A stretch of 64,000 nt of DNA from a virus (IMGVR_UViG_3300032046_000003:1-64000), one strand, 5' to 3'. Positions 9,823 through 18,736 are shown, counted from the stretch's first letter. Notes: a model not told the origin generated them from the sequence alone. Translations and numbers: made by a program.

Positions 9823-10129
9823 ATTGCCGAGTGAACAGATAGAACTGAAAAGAGTGCAAGACTCCTTCGAGGGGGAAATGCAGCATCAAGAGTGGATAAG
9901 ACAACAATTAATTGAGCGACAGCAGTCTGCAGAGAGTGAAAGAGAAAAATGGGAACTGAGGCGGGGAATGCAGTTACAGCAAAGATTCTTACCTGAAACA
10001 AGAGAAGAGACGGCTAGACGATTTGAGATAGATTGGAACGCGGCATGGGACGAGGGAAACAAGGCTTTAAATAAGCCCCCTCAAGTAGACAAGCTGAAAG
10101 AGCTGGGTATTGCAGATGAGTCCATCTAA
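9809..10129 (+). CDS. small protein of coupled array (C-term DESI)
   Basis: ends GATGAGTCCATCTAA. Confidence 0.4.
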   Translation: MRLFKLPSEQIELKRVQDSFEGEMQHQEWIRQQLIERQQSAESEREKWELRRGMQLQQRFLPETREETARRFEIDWNAAWDEGNKALNKPPQVDKLKELGIADESI

Positions 10130-10403
10130 TATAGAATCGCTTAAGTGGACGGCCACGGCCTATCAGCCCAATTTGAACGTTTCGCCCGAATTGACAGAGA
10201 CAAACCTGCGAGACGCCTTGGACAACATGAGAGACCAGATGCAGAATCACACGATGACATATGGCGGAGTGCAATTGATAGTGAGTCCCGCCTTAGCAAA
10301 TGAAATAGCTTATTTAATGAATGATAGATCTGTTATTAAAGCAGAGTTCAATAAAAAGGTAGACAATATGACAAAGTATGGAATACAAGATGAGTCAATT
10401 TAG
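10116..10403 (+). CDS. small protein of coupled array (C-term DESI)
   Basis: ATG 10116 embedded in previous DES codons (track start 10110 is TTG). Confidence 0.4.
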   Translation: MSPSNIESLKWTATAYQPNLNVSPELTETNLRDALDNMRDQMQNHTMTYGGVQLIVSPALANEIAYLMNDRSVIKAEFNKKVDNMTKYGIQDESI

Positions 10404-10758
10404 AATAGATTATATTGGTCACAATATGGAAGTTGATTACCATCAAGGCGAACCTGAAACTGAATTAGAGTTTTATAGAGAGCAAGTTGAACTGCTAAGA
10501 CGGGAAAGAGATTCATTAAGTGAAACAGTCGCCAAATTAAGTGTGACTGGCAATGAGGATATTGAAACAGGTAGATTAAGACAAATTGTAAGGATTATGT
10601 ACAAATATCTGTTTCAATACCCCAATCTTATGGACGCGATAAGCAAAGAGATGGAAGAGAGGGAGCTCTTAGTGGACAACAAGTTCAACGTGGGCACGTT
10701 TGACATGTTGAACAAAATGTTCAAGTTAAACATTCTGGCAGAAGACGAAAGCATATGA
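10378..10758 (+). CDS. small protein of coupled array (C-term DESI)
   Basis: Alternative in-frame ATG at 10390 embedded in previous DES codons. Confidence 0.4.
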   Translation: MEYKMSQFRIDYIGHNMEVDYHQGEPETELEFYREQVELLRRERDSLSETVAKLSVTGNEDIETGRLRQIVRIMYKYLFQYPNLMDAISKEMEERELLVDNKFNVGTFDMLNKMFKLNILAEDESI

Positions 10759-11018
10759 CATATCGCACTTTGCCCGACAGACAGGTTGATATGGACTCGA
10801 TACAGAAAGCCTTGGTGCACAGCATAGACGCAGACGCCATAGGGATTATAATCAAGATGAAGGAAAACGCGCCTGAAGGGTATTTAAACATGTTCAGAGA
10901 GTATGTAAACGCCTGTTTCCCGCAGCTCAAGGACAAGATCCTGATAACAGCGGGAGTAGACTACGACATAATACAGATACGCAGCAGGCACCCGCATCTG
11001 TTCGAGGAAAGCCTATGA
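10755..11018 (+). CDS. small protein of coupled array (C-term EESL)
   Basis: Junction GAAAGCATATGA then GAAAGCCTATGA. Confidence 0.4.
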   Translation: MTYRTLPDRQVDMDSIQKALVHSIDADAIGIIIKMKENAPEGYLNMFREYVNACFPQLKDKILITAGVDYDIIQIRSRHPHLFEESL

Positions 11019-11197
11019 CAAAAAGCTTTTATTGCATTGATTGCTTATGTTATTGTGAAATCGAAAGCACAAAAAACGATCTTTCTTATTGTCCCAAATG
11101 CGGAAGCAGCATGATTGAAAAAATAGAAAATAATATTTACAAAGAATACGAAGAAAGTAAATATAGCAGGTATGGTATCGTGCAGGAAAGCCTGTGA
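11015..11197 (+). CDS. small zinc-ribbon protein of coupled array (C-term QESL)
   Basis: CIDC..CYC..CPKCG; junction GAAAGCCTGTGA. Confidence 0.4.
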   Translation: MTKSFYCIDCLCYCEIESTKNDLSYCPKCGSSMIEKIENNIYKEYEESKYSRYGIVQESL

Positions 11198-11388
11198 ACA
11201 AGATAACCCGGTTCCTGCTGGAGAAAGAGATGGAGAAAAACACGGAGGCCATAGAAAAGCTTCAAATTGAACTTGGAGAAGTCACTGTGAACAACCCCAA
11301 ACTAGTCCAAATTGAATCTTTGATAAAATCTAATGAAGCAATGCAGAAAGTCCTAAGCAAAGAGGAGCGGACATGCGAGACACGATAG
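11194..11388 (+). CDS. small coiled-coil protein of array
   Basis: GTG start overlapping previous stop. Confidence 0.35.
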   Translation: MNKITRFLLEKEMEKNTEAIEKLQIELGEVTVNNPKLVQIESLIKSNEAMQKVLSKEERTCETR

Positions 11389-11795
11389 AGCTGATAAGAA
11401 CAAGTAGTGAGAATACTTTTACGGGACACAATACTCAATTAAAGATCAACGGTGTTTTAGTTAGTGGTATAATATCTTTTAATTACGCCTCTAGAGAACA
11501 TGAGTTAGATTCAAGGTATAGCGTTCCTAATGAACCTAGAATAACTTCTTGGGGATTTGATTCAACTGCGCCTATAATATCTCTTGAGGGGGTACATGTT
11601 AATCGTAATGAGAGATTGGAACAATATTTCAAACCTGAGAATATAAAATCTTATAATTACAGGTCAACTGCAGAGAACGTAAATAGAGAATACATAGAAT
11701 TATACGCTAATAGAATAGACATGATATGGTATAAAAACAAAGTTGATATTAAAGAGTATCTTAGGGGCAGTGGCATTCTAGATGAAAGTGTATGA
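11373..11795 (+). CDS. small protein of array (C-term DESV)
   Basis: ends GATGAAAGTGTATGA. Confidence 0.4.
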   Translation: MRDTIELIRTSSENTFTGHNTQLKINGVLVSGIISFNYASREHELDSRYSVPNEPRITSWGFDSTAPIISLEGVHVNRNERLEQYFKPENIKSYNYRSTAENVNREYIELYANRIDMIWYKNKVDIKEYLRGSGILDESV

Positions 11796-11800
11796 TATAG

Positions 11801-11828
11801 GAGGGGGTGCCTAATCACTCCCTCTTTT
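11801..11828 (+). terminator. rho-independent terminator-like hairpin GAGGGGGTG..CACTCCCTC + TTTT
   Basis: GC stem with internal mismatch followed by T tract. Confidence 0.45.
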
Positions 11829-11846
11829 ACCTATTAGGAGGTAAAT

Positions 11847-12221
11847 ATGTTTTGTAAAATATGTGGAATATTTATAAATAAAAATAGTAATAGGCAATTA
11901 TATTGTAAAAAATGTGCTAGATTAAGTCATAATGGAAGTGTGAGAAAATATCGTTATGGTAAATGTGGTCAGGCTTATAATTTAACAGTAGAGCGATATG
12001 AAGAAGCTTTAAGAGCACAAAATAACGAATGTTTAATTTGTGGAATTAATTTTTCAATATTACCAAGCTGTGCTATATGCATAGATCATTGTCATAAAAC
12101 AAATGCAATACGTGGTATTTTATGTAAGAATTGTAATATAGGATTGGGGCTTTTTAAGGATAATATTATAAGTTTACAAAAAGCAGCTGAATATTTAAAA
12201 AAATATGTCCAAATTGGCTAA
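11847..12221 (+). CDS. recombination endonuclease VII (T4 gp49-like Holliday junction resolvase)
   Basis: CxxCG..DHCH..GILCKNCNIGLG signature of Endonuclease_7 family. Confidence 0.75.
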   Translation: MFCKICGIFINKNSNRQLYCKKCARLSHNGSVRKYRYGKCGQAYNLTVERYEEALRAQNNECLICGINFSILPSCAICIDHCHKTNAIRGILCKNCNIGLGLFKDNIISLQKAAEYLKKYVQIG

Positions 12222-12390
12222 GAATAATTGTTTCAAAAAACGATATGATTAGATGCTTTAATCGTATCATAGTACGATTACCCAATCACCTACACTTGTT
12301 GCTAACTGTACATAGTCAGGGAAATCAATATGTTTGAAAAATTCCAGTATTAAACAAGAGAGAGCAAAACAAAGGTGTTATATAAATACG

Positions 12391-12463
12391 CACTAAACTC
12401 CGCTCAGACTCTCTCGAATGCGGTACTGGCAGACTGATTAACTTTATAAAGCGGAGCTTAGTG
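12391..12463 (+). other. structured 5' leader upstream of hsp20 (candidate RNA thermometer / regulatory RNA)
   Basis: CACTAAACTCCGCT pairs with AGCGGAGCTTAGTG (1 mismatch) enclosing about 45 nt with repeated CAGACT. Confidence 0.3.
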
Positions 12464-12472
12464 TAAAAATAG

Positions 12473-12974
12473 CCGCCAGGAGAATACATAAGGAGGCTAA
12501 CATGATTAGAAGTTTAATCCCATTCGGGTCGTTTGACCGAATGGAGAATGAATTTGCAAAAATGGAAAGATTAATAAATGATGTATTCTCAAACGGAAGC
12601 ACGTTCTGGAGTTCAGATTACTCAAACTTCCCTAGAATAAATATAGTGGAAGATGCAAATAGATTCATTATAGAAGCTGGACTAGCAGGATATAATAAAG
12701 AAGATGTAAAGATTACACTGACAAGCAGAGGATTAAAGATTAGTGGAAAGCAGAAAGAGAGCTCAGAGATTAAGAGTGATAATGCAAAATATCACCTTAA
12801 AGAAATGACTTCAAGAGCTTTCGAGAAGCTAATTATAATCCCTGAAACAGTAGAAAAGAAGTTAATTAAATCTAAGCTGAAAGATGGTATCTTAATAATT
12901 GAGCTCCCTAAAAAAGATGCTCAAAATGATACTATAGAGCTTAAGATAGACTAAAGGTAAAAAACTCCTGGCGG
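12473..12974 (+). repeat. perfect 10-bp inverted repeat pair CCGCCAGGAG (12473-12482) / CTCCTGGCGG (12965-12974) flanking hsp20
   Basis: Exact reverse complements read directly; bracket whole Hsp20 ORF plus SD. Confidence 0.55.
12502..12954 (+). CDS. Hsp20/alpha-crystallin family small heat-shock protein
   Basis: ACD core ..VKITLTSRGLKISG..DGILIIELPKK; strong SD AAGGAGG. Confidence 0.8.
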   Translation: MIRSLIPFGSFDRMENEFAKMERLINDVFSNGSTFWSSDYSNFPRINIVEDANRFIIEAGLAGYNKEDVKITLTSRGLKISGKQKESSEIKSDNAKYHLKEMTSRAFEKLIIIPETVEKKLIKSKLKDGILIIELPKKDAQNDTIELKID

Positions 12975-13273
12975 TGACTCATTTTAAAGATACCTTACCT
13001 GAAAGATTGTTGCAAGAACTATTAAATAAATTAGGTATTAAATATAGAAAACATGAACCTATAATCGGGCAACCCGATTTATTCATTGAACCGAATATCT
13101 GTATTTTTGCTGACGGCGATTATTGGCACAATAGACCTGAAGCGATTGAGAGAGATAAGTTGGTTAATAAAGAGTTGATTAATAAAGGATATAAGGTTTT
13201 ACGTTTCTGGGAAAATGAAATAAGGTCGAATATAGATAATTGTGCTAATAGGATTAAGACTGAGGTGAAATAG
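12974..13273 (+). CDS. Vsr-like (DUF559-type) homing endonuclease, nuclease domain only
   Basis: FIEPNICIFADGDYWHNRPE...KVLRFWENEI matches Vsr DGxFWH core; GTG start. Confidence 0.7.
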   Translation: MTHFKDTLPERLLQELLNKLGIKYRKHEPIIGQPDLFIEPNICIFADGDYWHNRPEAIERDKLVNKELINKGYKVLRFWENEIRSNIDNCANRIKTEVK

Positions 13274-13527
13274 TGGCTAAATCGTTGTTTGTAGGTAATC
13301 TTCCGTATTCAGCGACCGAGAATGAGATTAAATCTGCGTTTGAACAACATGTCGAGGTGGTGGCTGTAAGGCTTATTACCGACAAGATGACTGGGAGAGC
13401 GAAAGGATTCGGTTTCGTTGAGGTTGCGGATGGAGATATGGAGAAGGCTGTGACGGCTATGAACGGCATGAAGATAGGGGACAGGGAGATCATTGTGAAT
13501 GAGGCTAGGCCTCGTGTGACCCGCTAA
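13273..13527 (+). CDS. RRM-type RNA-binding protein
   Basis: RNP-2 LFVGNL and RNP-1 KGFGFVEV; GTG start; locally higher GC. Confidence 0.8.
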   Translation: MAKSLFVGNLPYSATENEIKSAFEQHVEVVAVRLITDKMTGRAKGFGFVEVADGDMEKAVTAMNGMKIGDREIIVNEARPRVTR

Positions 13528-13540
13528 GGTAACTTAGAGT

Positions 13541-13568
13541 GAGGGGGTATTAATTTATCCCCTCTTTT
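13541..13568 (+). terminator. rho-independent terminator GAGGGGG-loop-CCCCTC-TTTT
   Basis: 6-bp GC stem, 11-nt loop, T tract. Confidence 0.55.
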
Positions 13569-13571
13569 AAA

Positions 13572-13856
13572 ATGTATAAGGAGAATATGTACGACCTAAA
13601 GAAAAAGATATTGAGGAAAAGACACGACCAAGTAGAGGACGTAATAACACATTACTACCTGATGGAGAGAATGTTCAGTACGGAGTTTACAGTCGAAAAG
13701 CATCCCAATAAGGACAAGCTGATAGAGAGGGCGAAGCTTCACAACAAGATGGGCGAAGGCTTGAAGCAGCACTCTACTTACAGGGTCATAGACAACCTGG
13801 AATACAATCAGATACAAAGAGAGAGAATGGATGAGTTCCTCAAGCAAAAAAAATAG
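13572..13856 (+). CDS. hypothetical protein
   Basis: ORF after SD AAGGAGAAT. Confidence 0.4.
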   Translation: MYKENMYDLKKKILRKRHDQVEDVITHYYLMERMFSTEFTVEKHPNKDKLIERAKLHNKMGEGLKQHSTYRVIDNLEYNQIQRERMDEFLKQKK

Positions 13857-14082
13857 GTTCAAGCAGAAGTTGCTGCCTAGAATTACCCATAAAAAAAGAG
13901 AGGCCGAAAAGCAGGCTCTAAAGACCGTGCTCAACAGCATAAGAACAGATCGTTACGATCAGATAAACAATAAAGAGCTTAAACTCATAATAGAGAACTA
14001 CAGGATAGAAGCTATTGACTTGCTGGAGTGCGTGAGCTTCTTGTTAAGGATAGCCCAAGAATTGGAGAAAATAGGAGGATAA
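13831..14082 (+). CDS. hypothetical protein
   Basis: ORF. Confidence 0.35.
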   Translation: MSSSSKKNRFKQKLLPRITHKKREAEKQALKTVLNSIRTDRYDQINNKELKLIIENYRIEAIDLLECVSFLLRIAQELEKIGG

Positions 14083-14084
14083 AA

Positions 14085-14270
14085 ATGCTATTTCAAAGAG
14101 AAGAGCTGTGGAGAATAAGAGAGGACGCATTAAAAGAGGCCAATGTTCAGGGCTTGAACCTGCAGTGGAAACGTGCTTTTGAAAAATTGGCGGATGCGGC
14201 AGACTATGTAGACGCAATGATAGCGAGGACAGAAGATAAATCGATTACTGAAATAGAGGATATAAAATGA
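14085..14270 (+). CDS. hypothetical protein
   Basis: ATG 14085 after AGGAGGATAAAA; track start 14028 overlaps previous gene. Confidence 0.4.
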   Translation: MLFQREELWRIREDALKEANVQGLNLQWKRAFEKLADAADYVDAMIARTEDKSITEIEDIK

Positions 14271-14467
14271 CATTAAAGAAATTTAGAATTGACGAGAATG
14301 ATAATATAGAGAAGGTAAGAAAAGATACCTATCATTGTTCTAAATGTCAAAAAGAGCATGAATTTAATAGTAAAAAGGGTAGAGAACATTTAGAATATAA
14401 AAATACAAACAAATTTAAAGGTTTTAAGGGAAATCCTAACGCAGATAAACAATATAAGGATAATTAA
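14267..14467 (+). CDS. small zinc-binding protein (MTLKKF.. N-terminus family)
   Basis: ATGA-coupled; HCSKCQKEH. Confidence 0.4.
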   Translation: MTLKKFRIDENDNIEKVRKDTYHCSKCQKEHEFNSKKGREHLEYKNTNKFKGFKGNPNADKQYKDN

Positions 14468-14490
14468 TGAATTTCTGGAAAGATATATAA

Positions 14491-15240
14491 ATGACATCAG
14501 GTAAATATATAAAAACTAAACGGCACATATTAAATCAAATTGCTTCTAGAAGAGAACATGGCTGGAATAAAAACCCTGAAGAGGTTAATAAGAAAATAAG
14601 TAAATCATTAAAAGGGATTAAATCTTCTAAGAAAAGTAAAACTTATGAAGAATTTTATGGTGTGGAAAGATCAAAAGAAATAATAAAAAAACAAAGTGAA
14701 GTTAAATTTATTCCTAGGGAAACTCGAGTTTGCGCGTGTGGATGTGAACAATCATTTAGATGTAAAATTAATTCTATAAAGAGATTTTCTCAAGGTCATT
14801 ATAATAAGGGTAAAACTTATGAACAACTATATGGCATTGAAAAAGCTAAAGAATTAAAATTAAATTATAAAAAGAATAGAGCAATTAGACAATTTCCTTA
14901 TAATGACACAAAGCCAGAATTAGCGTTGGACAAAATTTTACAACAATTAAAATTAAGATATGTTAAACAAAAGTATGAATTAGAGGGCACTCCCGATAGA
15001 TTTATAGAGCCTAATATCTGTATTTTTGTTGACGGTGATTACTGGCATGCTAATCCTAAGTTTTACAAGTCTAAAGATTTAATAGCTAATAATTATACTG
15101 CACGAGAAAAATGGAGCAAAGATAATAAAATAACTAAAGATTTAAAGTCTCAAGGTTTTAAGGTTTTAAGGTTTTGGGAGTATGACATTAAGAATGATAC
15201 AAATAAATGTATTGAGGAGATAAAAAGTTGTTTGACTTAA
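14491..15240 (+). CDS. homing endonuclease: NUMOD3-like repeats + CxCGC zinc motif + Vsr-like nuclease
   Basis: ISKSLKGIK / YGIEKAKEL repeats, RVCACGCEQSFRCKINS..FSQGH, C-term FIEPNICIFVDGDYWH..KVLRFWEYDI. Confidence 0.7.
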   Translation: MTSGKYIKTKRHILNQIASRREHGWNKNPEEVNKKISKSLKGIKSSKKSKTYEEFYGVERSKEIIKKQSEVKFIPRETRVCACGCEQSFRCKINSIKRFSQGHYNKGKTYEQLYGIEKAKELKLNYKKNRAIRQFPYNDTKPELALDKILQQLKLRYVKQKYELEGTPDRFIEPNICIFVDGDYWHANPKFYKSKDLIANNYTAREKWSKDNKITKDLKSQGFKVLRFWEYDIKNDTNKCIEEIKSCLT

Positions 15241-16142
15241 AAAGTATTGCATTAAATGTAGTTAAATGGATAGCAATCGTATTGTTAGCCTTGTTCTTGG
15301 GTTACCAAGGGTGGAGACTCGTGGTTACGTATTACAATCCCTTTACTTTTGTGCAAGAGATACAGAACGCATTGGCCAACAATCATCAGACTGAAGTCGC
15401 CTATGAGAAGCTAAAGGGCGAATTGTCCCAGGCCCAGACTGTTAATACGACCAACAAGAAGTTGTTGACCGAGAAAATCAATCAGATAAGCTTGCTGGTC
15501 AAAGACAAAGAAGCCTTAAAAGCGCAGTTGGACAAGATGAACGCCGAAGGGCAGATTATCAGCGAAGCCGAGACAGGACAAGGAAGCGTCACATTAGAGG
15601 CCTGGCTGGAGAGCAAGATGCCTTTCAAGTTCCATGATGGATGGCAGGACATAGACGTAATAGGACCCAACAAATTACATTATAAATGGCACTTTGATAT
15701 TCATGATATATCGATACAGACCAAGGACGAGAACAACAACGTAACTACCATTTATACTGTGTATCTGCAGAATCGAGACGGAGCCAAACTGTACTTGGAC
15801 TATAAGAAGAGTTTTGTCGATCAAAAACCCGAGTATCATCTGTTGAACTGGTGGGATCCGAAGATAAGAATGACTAATTTTGCTGGAATTAAAGGAGTGG
15901 AGTTCGGAGGAGCTTTATCTTTATGTTCAGTATCACTTTCACAAAAACAAAAAGATTATCTATTAGTTTTTCCAGAAATATCAATGTCATCTAATTTCAG
16001 AGAAGGCATGGATATAGGAATTGGCGGCGGAATAAATATTGCGCACTGGCTCCCACTTTTTGAAAATCTTTGGGTAGACGGTAGACTAGTTTTAACAGAT
16101 TATGATAAAACTTCAGTAATTGGCATAGGAGTTACATTATAA
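15228..16142 (+). CDS. membrane-anchored protein with coiled coil
   Basis: N-terminal TM segment then coiled-coil; function unknown. Confidence 0.45.
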   Translation: MFDLKSIALNVVKWIAIVLLALFLGYQGWRLVVTYYNPFTFVQEIQNALANNHQTEVAYEKLKGELSQAQTVNTTNKKLLTEKINQISLLVKDKEALKAQLDKMNAEGQIISEAETGQGSVTLEAWLESKMPFKFHDGWQDIDVIGPNKLHYKWHFDIHDISIQTKDENNNVTTIYTVYLQNRDGAKLYLDYKKSFVDQKPEYHLLNWWDPKIRMTNFAGIKGVEFGGALSLCSVSLSQKQKDYLLVFPEISMSSNFREGMDIGIGGGINIAHWLPLFENLWVDGRLVLTDYDKTSVIGIGVTL

Positions 16143-16252
16143 ATGCCCCAATGGTGGAACGGGAGACACACTAGCCTTAGAAGCTAGCGCCTTAGCGGGC
16201 ATGCTAGTTCAAATCTAGCTTGGGGTATTGCTTCTAGGCTTGGAGACCTAAT

Positions 16253-16465
16253 TTGAAAAATATCAAAGAACTCTTAGGCCCTATTCTTTTATTTTGTTCG
16301 TTCATATTGCTTATATATATAGTTATATGGGGATTCCGGCTGAAGCAGTGGTATGATTTTAATCAAATGCCCAACGTGTGGCAGATTGATAATGGAAATA
16401 TAATGCAAATTAAACAAGATGGTAAATGGTTAAATAATGGCCCTAAGATTAGTCTAATTAACTAA
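16253..16465 (+). CDS. small membrane protein
   Basis: TM helix ORF. Confidence 0.35.
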   Translation: MKNIKELLGPILLFCSFILLIYIVIWGFRLKQWYDFNQMPNVWQIDNGNIMQIKQDGKWLNNGPKISLIN

Positions 16466-16514
16466 TCGACGGTGCTTGTACACCAAGGGCCTTAATCTAT
16501 ACAAGGAGATTAGC
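16439..16514 (+). repeat. HEG-associated conserved structured element, copy 1
   Basis: ..CTAAGATTAGTCTAATTAACTAATCGACGGTGCTTGTACACCAAGGGCCTTAATCT..AAGGAGATTAGC; outer stem GGCCCT/AGGGCC. Confidence 0.55.
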
Positions 16515-17129
16515 ATGAAATTATGTGAATGTAATTGTGGACAATTAGCTAAAAACAGATTCATTAATGGCCATAATAATAGAGGAAAGCCTTCTACATT
16601 TAAAGGAAGACACCACACAGAAGAAGCAAGAATGAATATAAGTAAAGCTTTAATGGGACATAAATATCCTAAAGAAAGAAACGAAAAAATTAGCAAAACA
16701 ATGAAAGGCAAAAAGAAAGCGCCTTTTACTGAAATACATAAGAATCATATAAGTGAGGCTCGTAAAGGTATTAAATTTTCTAGACAACACACAAGAAAGC
16801 TAAGATTAAAAACTATTGAAAGAATAAATAAAAATTTTGGTATTTGTTTTCCAGCTTATAATAAAAAAGCTTGTGAATTCTTTAAAAGTTATGATAACAT
16901 ACACAACACTCAAGGCCATTATGCAATGTATGGCGGCGGGGAATATCTTATTAAAGAGCTTGGCTATTGGCTAGATTACATCAATTTTGACAAGAAGATA
17001 ATTATAGAGTGGGACGAAATAAAGCATTATAATGAAGGAGGGGAGCTAAAAAGTAAAGATAAAATTAGGCAACAAGAGATTGAGCAAATGTATCCCGATT
17101 TCAAATTTATAAGAATAAGAGAGGTGTAA
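16515..17129 (+). CDS. homing endonuclease-like protein (CxC zinc motif + NUMOD3-like repeats + C-terminal nuclease-like domain)
   Basis: MKLCECNCG..NGHNN; HTEEARMNISKALMG, NEKISKTMKGKK, HISEARKGIKF repeats; ATG 16515 after AAGGAGATTAGC. Confidence 0.6.
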   Translation: MKLCECNCGQLAKNRFINGHNNRGKPSTFKGRHHTEEARMNISKALMGHKYPKERNEKISKTMKGKKKAPFTEIHKNHISEARKGIKFSRQHTRKLRLKTIERINKNFGICFPAYNKKACEFFKSYDNIHNTQGHYAMYGGGEYLIKELGYWLDYINFDKKIIIEWDEIKHYNEGGELKSKDKIRQQEIEQMYPDFKFIRIREV

Positions 17130-17133
17130 TTAA

Positions 17134-17349
17134 ATGGTTATGAGAGACGGAATTTCGATTCAGAGGGACATGAATCTGGTGAACAAGGAATTGGCTAAGC
17201 TGACTGTAGACATGAACAAGTGGAATACAAGAAGGGCGGAGCTTGAATTAGAAGCCGCAGAGATTAGAGAGGTAATGTTTAATCAGCAAGTAGAGGAAAT
17301 GAAGAAAAAGCAGGCCGCAGAAGCTGCTCCTAAGACAGAACAAAAGTAA
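17134..17349 (+). CDS. coiled-coil protein
   Basis: ORF. Confidence 0.35.
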   Translation: MVMRDGISIQRDMNLVNKELAKLTVDMNKWNTRRAELELEAAEIREVMFNQQVEEMKKKQAAEAAPKTEQK

Positions 17350-17364
17350 GGAGTAAAAATAAAA

Positions 17365-17559
17365 ATGTTGAACATAACAGCGTTAAGAGCCGAGCTTCTC
17401 CAGGAGAAAAGAAAGGAGCTCCTTAAAGAGCTCATCAATATGGACATTAAGTCCAGGTTGGACGAATGGATAGACAAAGACTTATATGAGAAGGCCAAGA
17501 AGTCTATAAATGTGATAGAGGACATGCTGCATGACCAGCCCACTCCGCTCGAAAAGTGA
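17365..17559 (+). CDS. hypothetical protein
   Basis: ORF. Confidence 0.35.
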   Translation: MLNITALRAELLQEKRKELLKELINMDIKSRLDEWIDKDLYEKAKKSINVIEDMLHDQPTPLEK

Positions 17560-17725
17560 CTTTGTAAGATACGGAGTTTGCACCGAGTGCGGGAAGCTGT
17601 TCAAGGCCTCTGCGGACAATAAAGAGGCTGAAATAACTATTTTAGACACGATAAGGGAATTCTGGAAGCCCGGCATTTGCGAGACGTGTAAGAAAGAAAA
17701 GGAGGAGTACAGTGGAAGAAGATAA
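17531..17725 (+). CDS. small zinc-ribbon protein
   Basis: CTECGKLF...CETCKK. Confidence 0.35.
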   Translation: MTSPLRSKSDFVRYGVCTECGKLFKASADNKEAEITILDTIREFWKPGICETCKKEKEEYSGRR

Positions 17726-18158
17726 AGCTTTTGATATTGGCGAATTTGTAGTAAGAAATGAGCATTTTGCCGCCACGTATTTTATAGACGCTTTTCTCGA
17801 CCCTACTCTTCTTAAAATAAAGATGAACGATCTGGGACTAAATAAGACCGATTGGACTTTAGATGGTACGCTGTTAGATACAGCAATAAGCGATACGTTA
17901 TATGATATAGACCCTGCTACAATGCTTGATTCTAAATGTAAGATTATCAAGAAAAAAGTGCATAGGGTGATATTAAAGTTTAAAAGATCAGCTAGGGTTA
18001 AGCTCGAGATGTTTAATATTTATTCAATGGGCGACAACGACAAAAAAGAGTACATATTAGAGTCTCTGAAAGAACCTTCAGTTGCTCAAGCAGAAGCCTT
18101 TGTTAAAAAAGTGGTTAATATGTTAATAAAAGAATACGAGGAGTACATAAATGGTTAG
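17712..18158 (+). CDS. hypothetical protein
   Basis: ORF. Confidence 0.4.
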   Translation: MEEDKAFDIGEFVVRNEHFAATYFIDAFLDPTLLKIKMNDLGLNKTDWTLDGTLLDTAISDTLYDIDPATMLDSKCKIIKKKVHRVILKFKRSARVKLEMFNIYSMGDNDKKEYILESLKEPSVAQAEAFVKKVVNMLIKEYEEYING

Positions 18159-18402
18159 GGTTTTAGCATCTATAAGATTCAAAGACGAGGTAATGTTGGA
18201 CAGCGGTAATCCTGCAAGAGACATGAGACAAGCGTATATTGACAAAGCCATATTGACTTTGACAGAGAAAATCATAATTGTCTCGTCTGAGAACAAGGTC
18301 ACCAAGACGGACGTTTATGTGCCTTGGACCAATGTGGTTTCTATGAAGATATACCAGACAATAGAAGGTGATTTGGCTAAATTTCTAGATAATAAGTTAT
18401 AA
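18151..18402 (+). CDS. hypothetical protein
   Basis: ORF. Confidence 0.35.
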   Translation: MVRVLASIRFKDEVMLDSGNPARDMRQAYIDKAILTLTEKIIIVSSENKVTKTDVYVPWTNVVSMKIYQTIEGDLAKFLDNKL

Positions 18403-18407
18403 AATAT

Positions 18408-18704
18408 ATGAGCATTCTCAACATAAAAAACGAAATATCGTCCCTAATATCGACCAAATATGCTGGCAGATTTAATGAGGACATCGAGTCTTCTATCGCG
18501 GCTGACATGACCCAGATATTGGTAAAATATCAGAAAGCGGCGCAGATAAACAATTTTTCAAACGTGACTGTAAAGAAAATGAGCGATATAATAGTCAAGA
18601 GTAGAGTGGTGAAAAGCTATACCAACACGGTTAAAATAAGGGCGGCTATATACCCTTCTTTCGTAGGGTCTATAATCAAGTTTGACTTTGATGTTAGGCT
18701 GTAA
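18408..18704 (+). CDS. hypothetical protein
   Basis: ORF. Confidence 0.35.
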   Translation: MSILNIKNEISSLISTKYAGRFNEDIESSIAADMTQILVKYQKAAQINNFSNVTVKKMSDIIVKSRVVKSYTNTVKIRAAIYPSFVGSIIKFDFDVRL

Positions 18705-18707
18705 TAT

Positions 18708-18736
18708 TTTACAAATAGACAGTTATAAGGTATAAT
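18708..18736 (+). promoter_or_regulatory. sigma70-like promoter TTTACA-17-TATAAT
   Basis: Hexamers and spacing read directly; 20 nt upstream of REC gene. Confidence 0.5.

Noticed and set aside
16207-16260. AGTTCAAATCT motif at 16207 resembling the conserved promoter family
   Set aside because: No acceptable -10 hexamer at 16-18 nt spacing. It lies inside a palindromic CTAG-rich spacer and is not called as a promoter.
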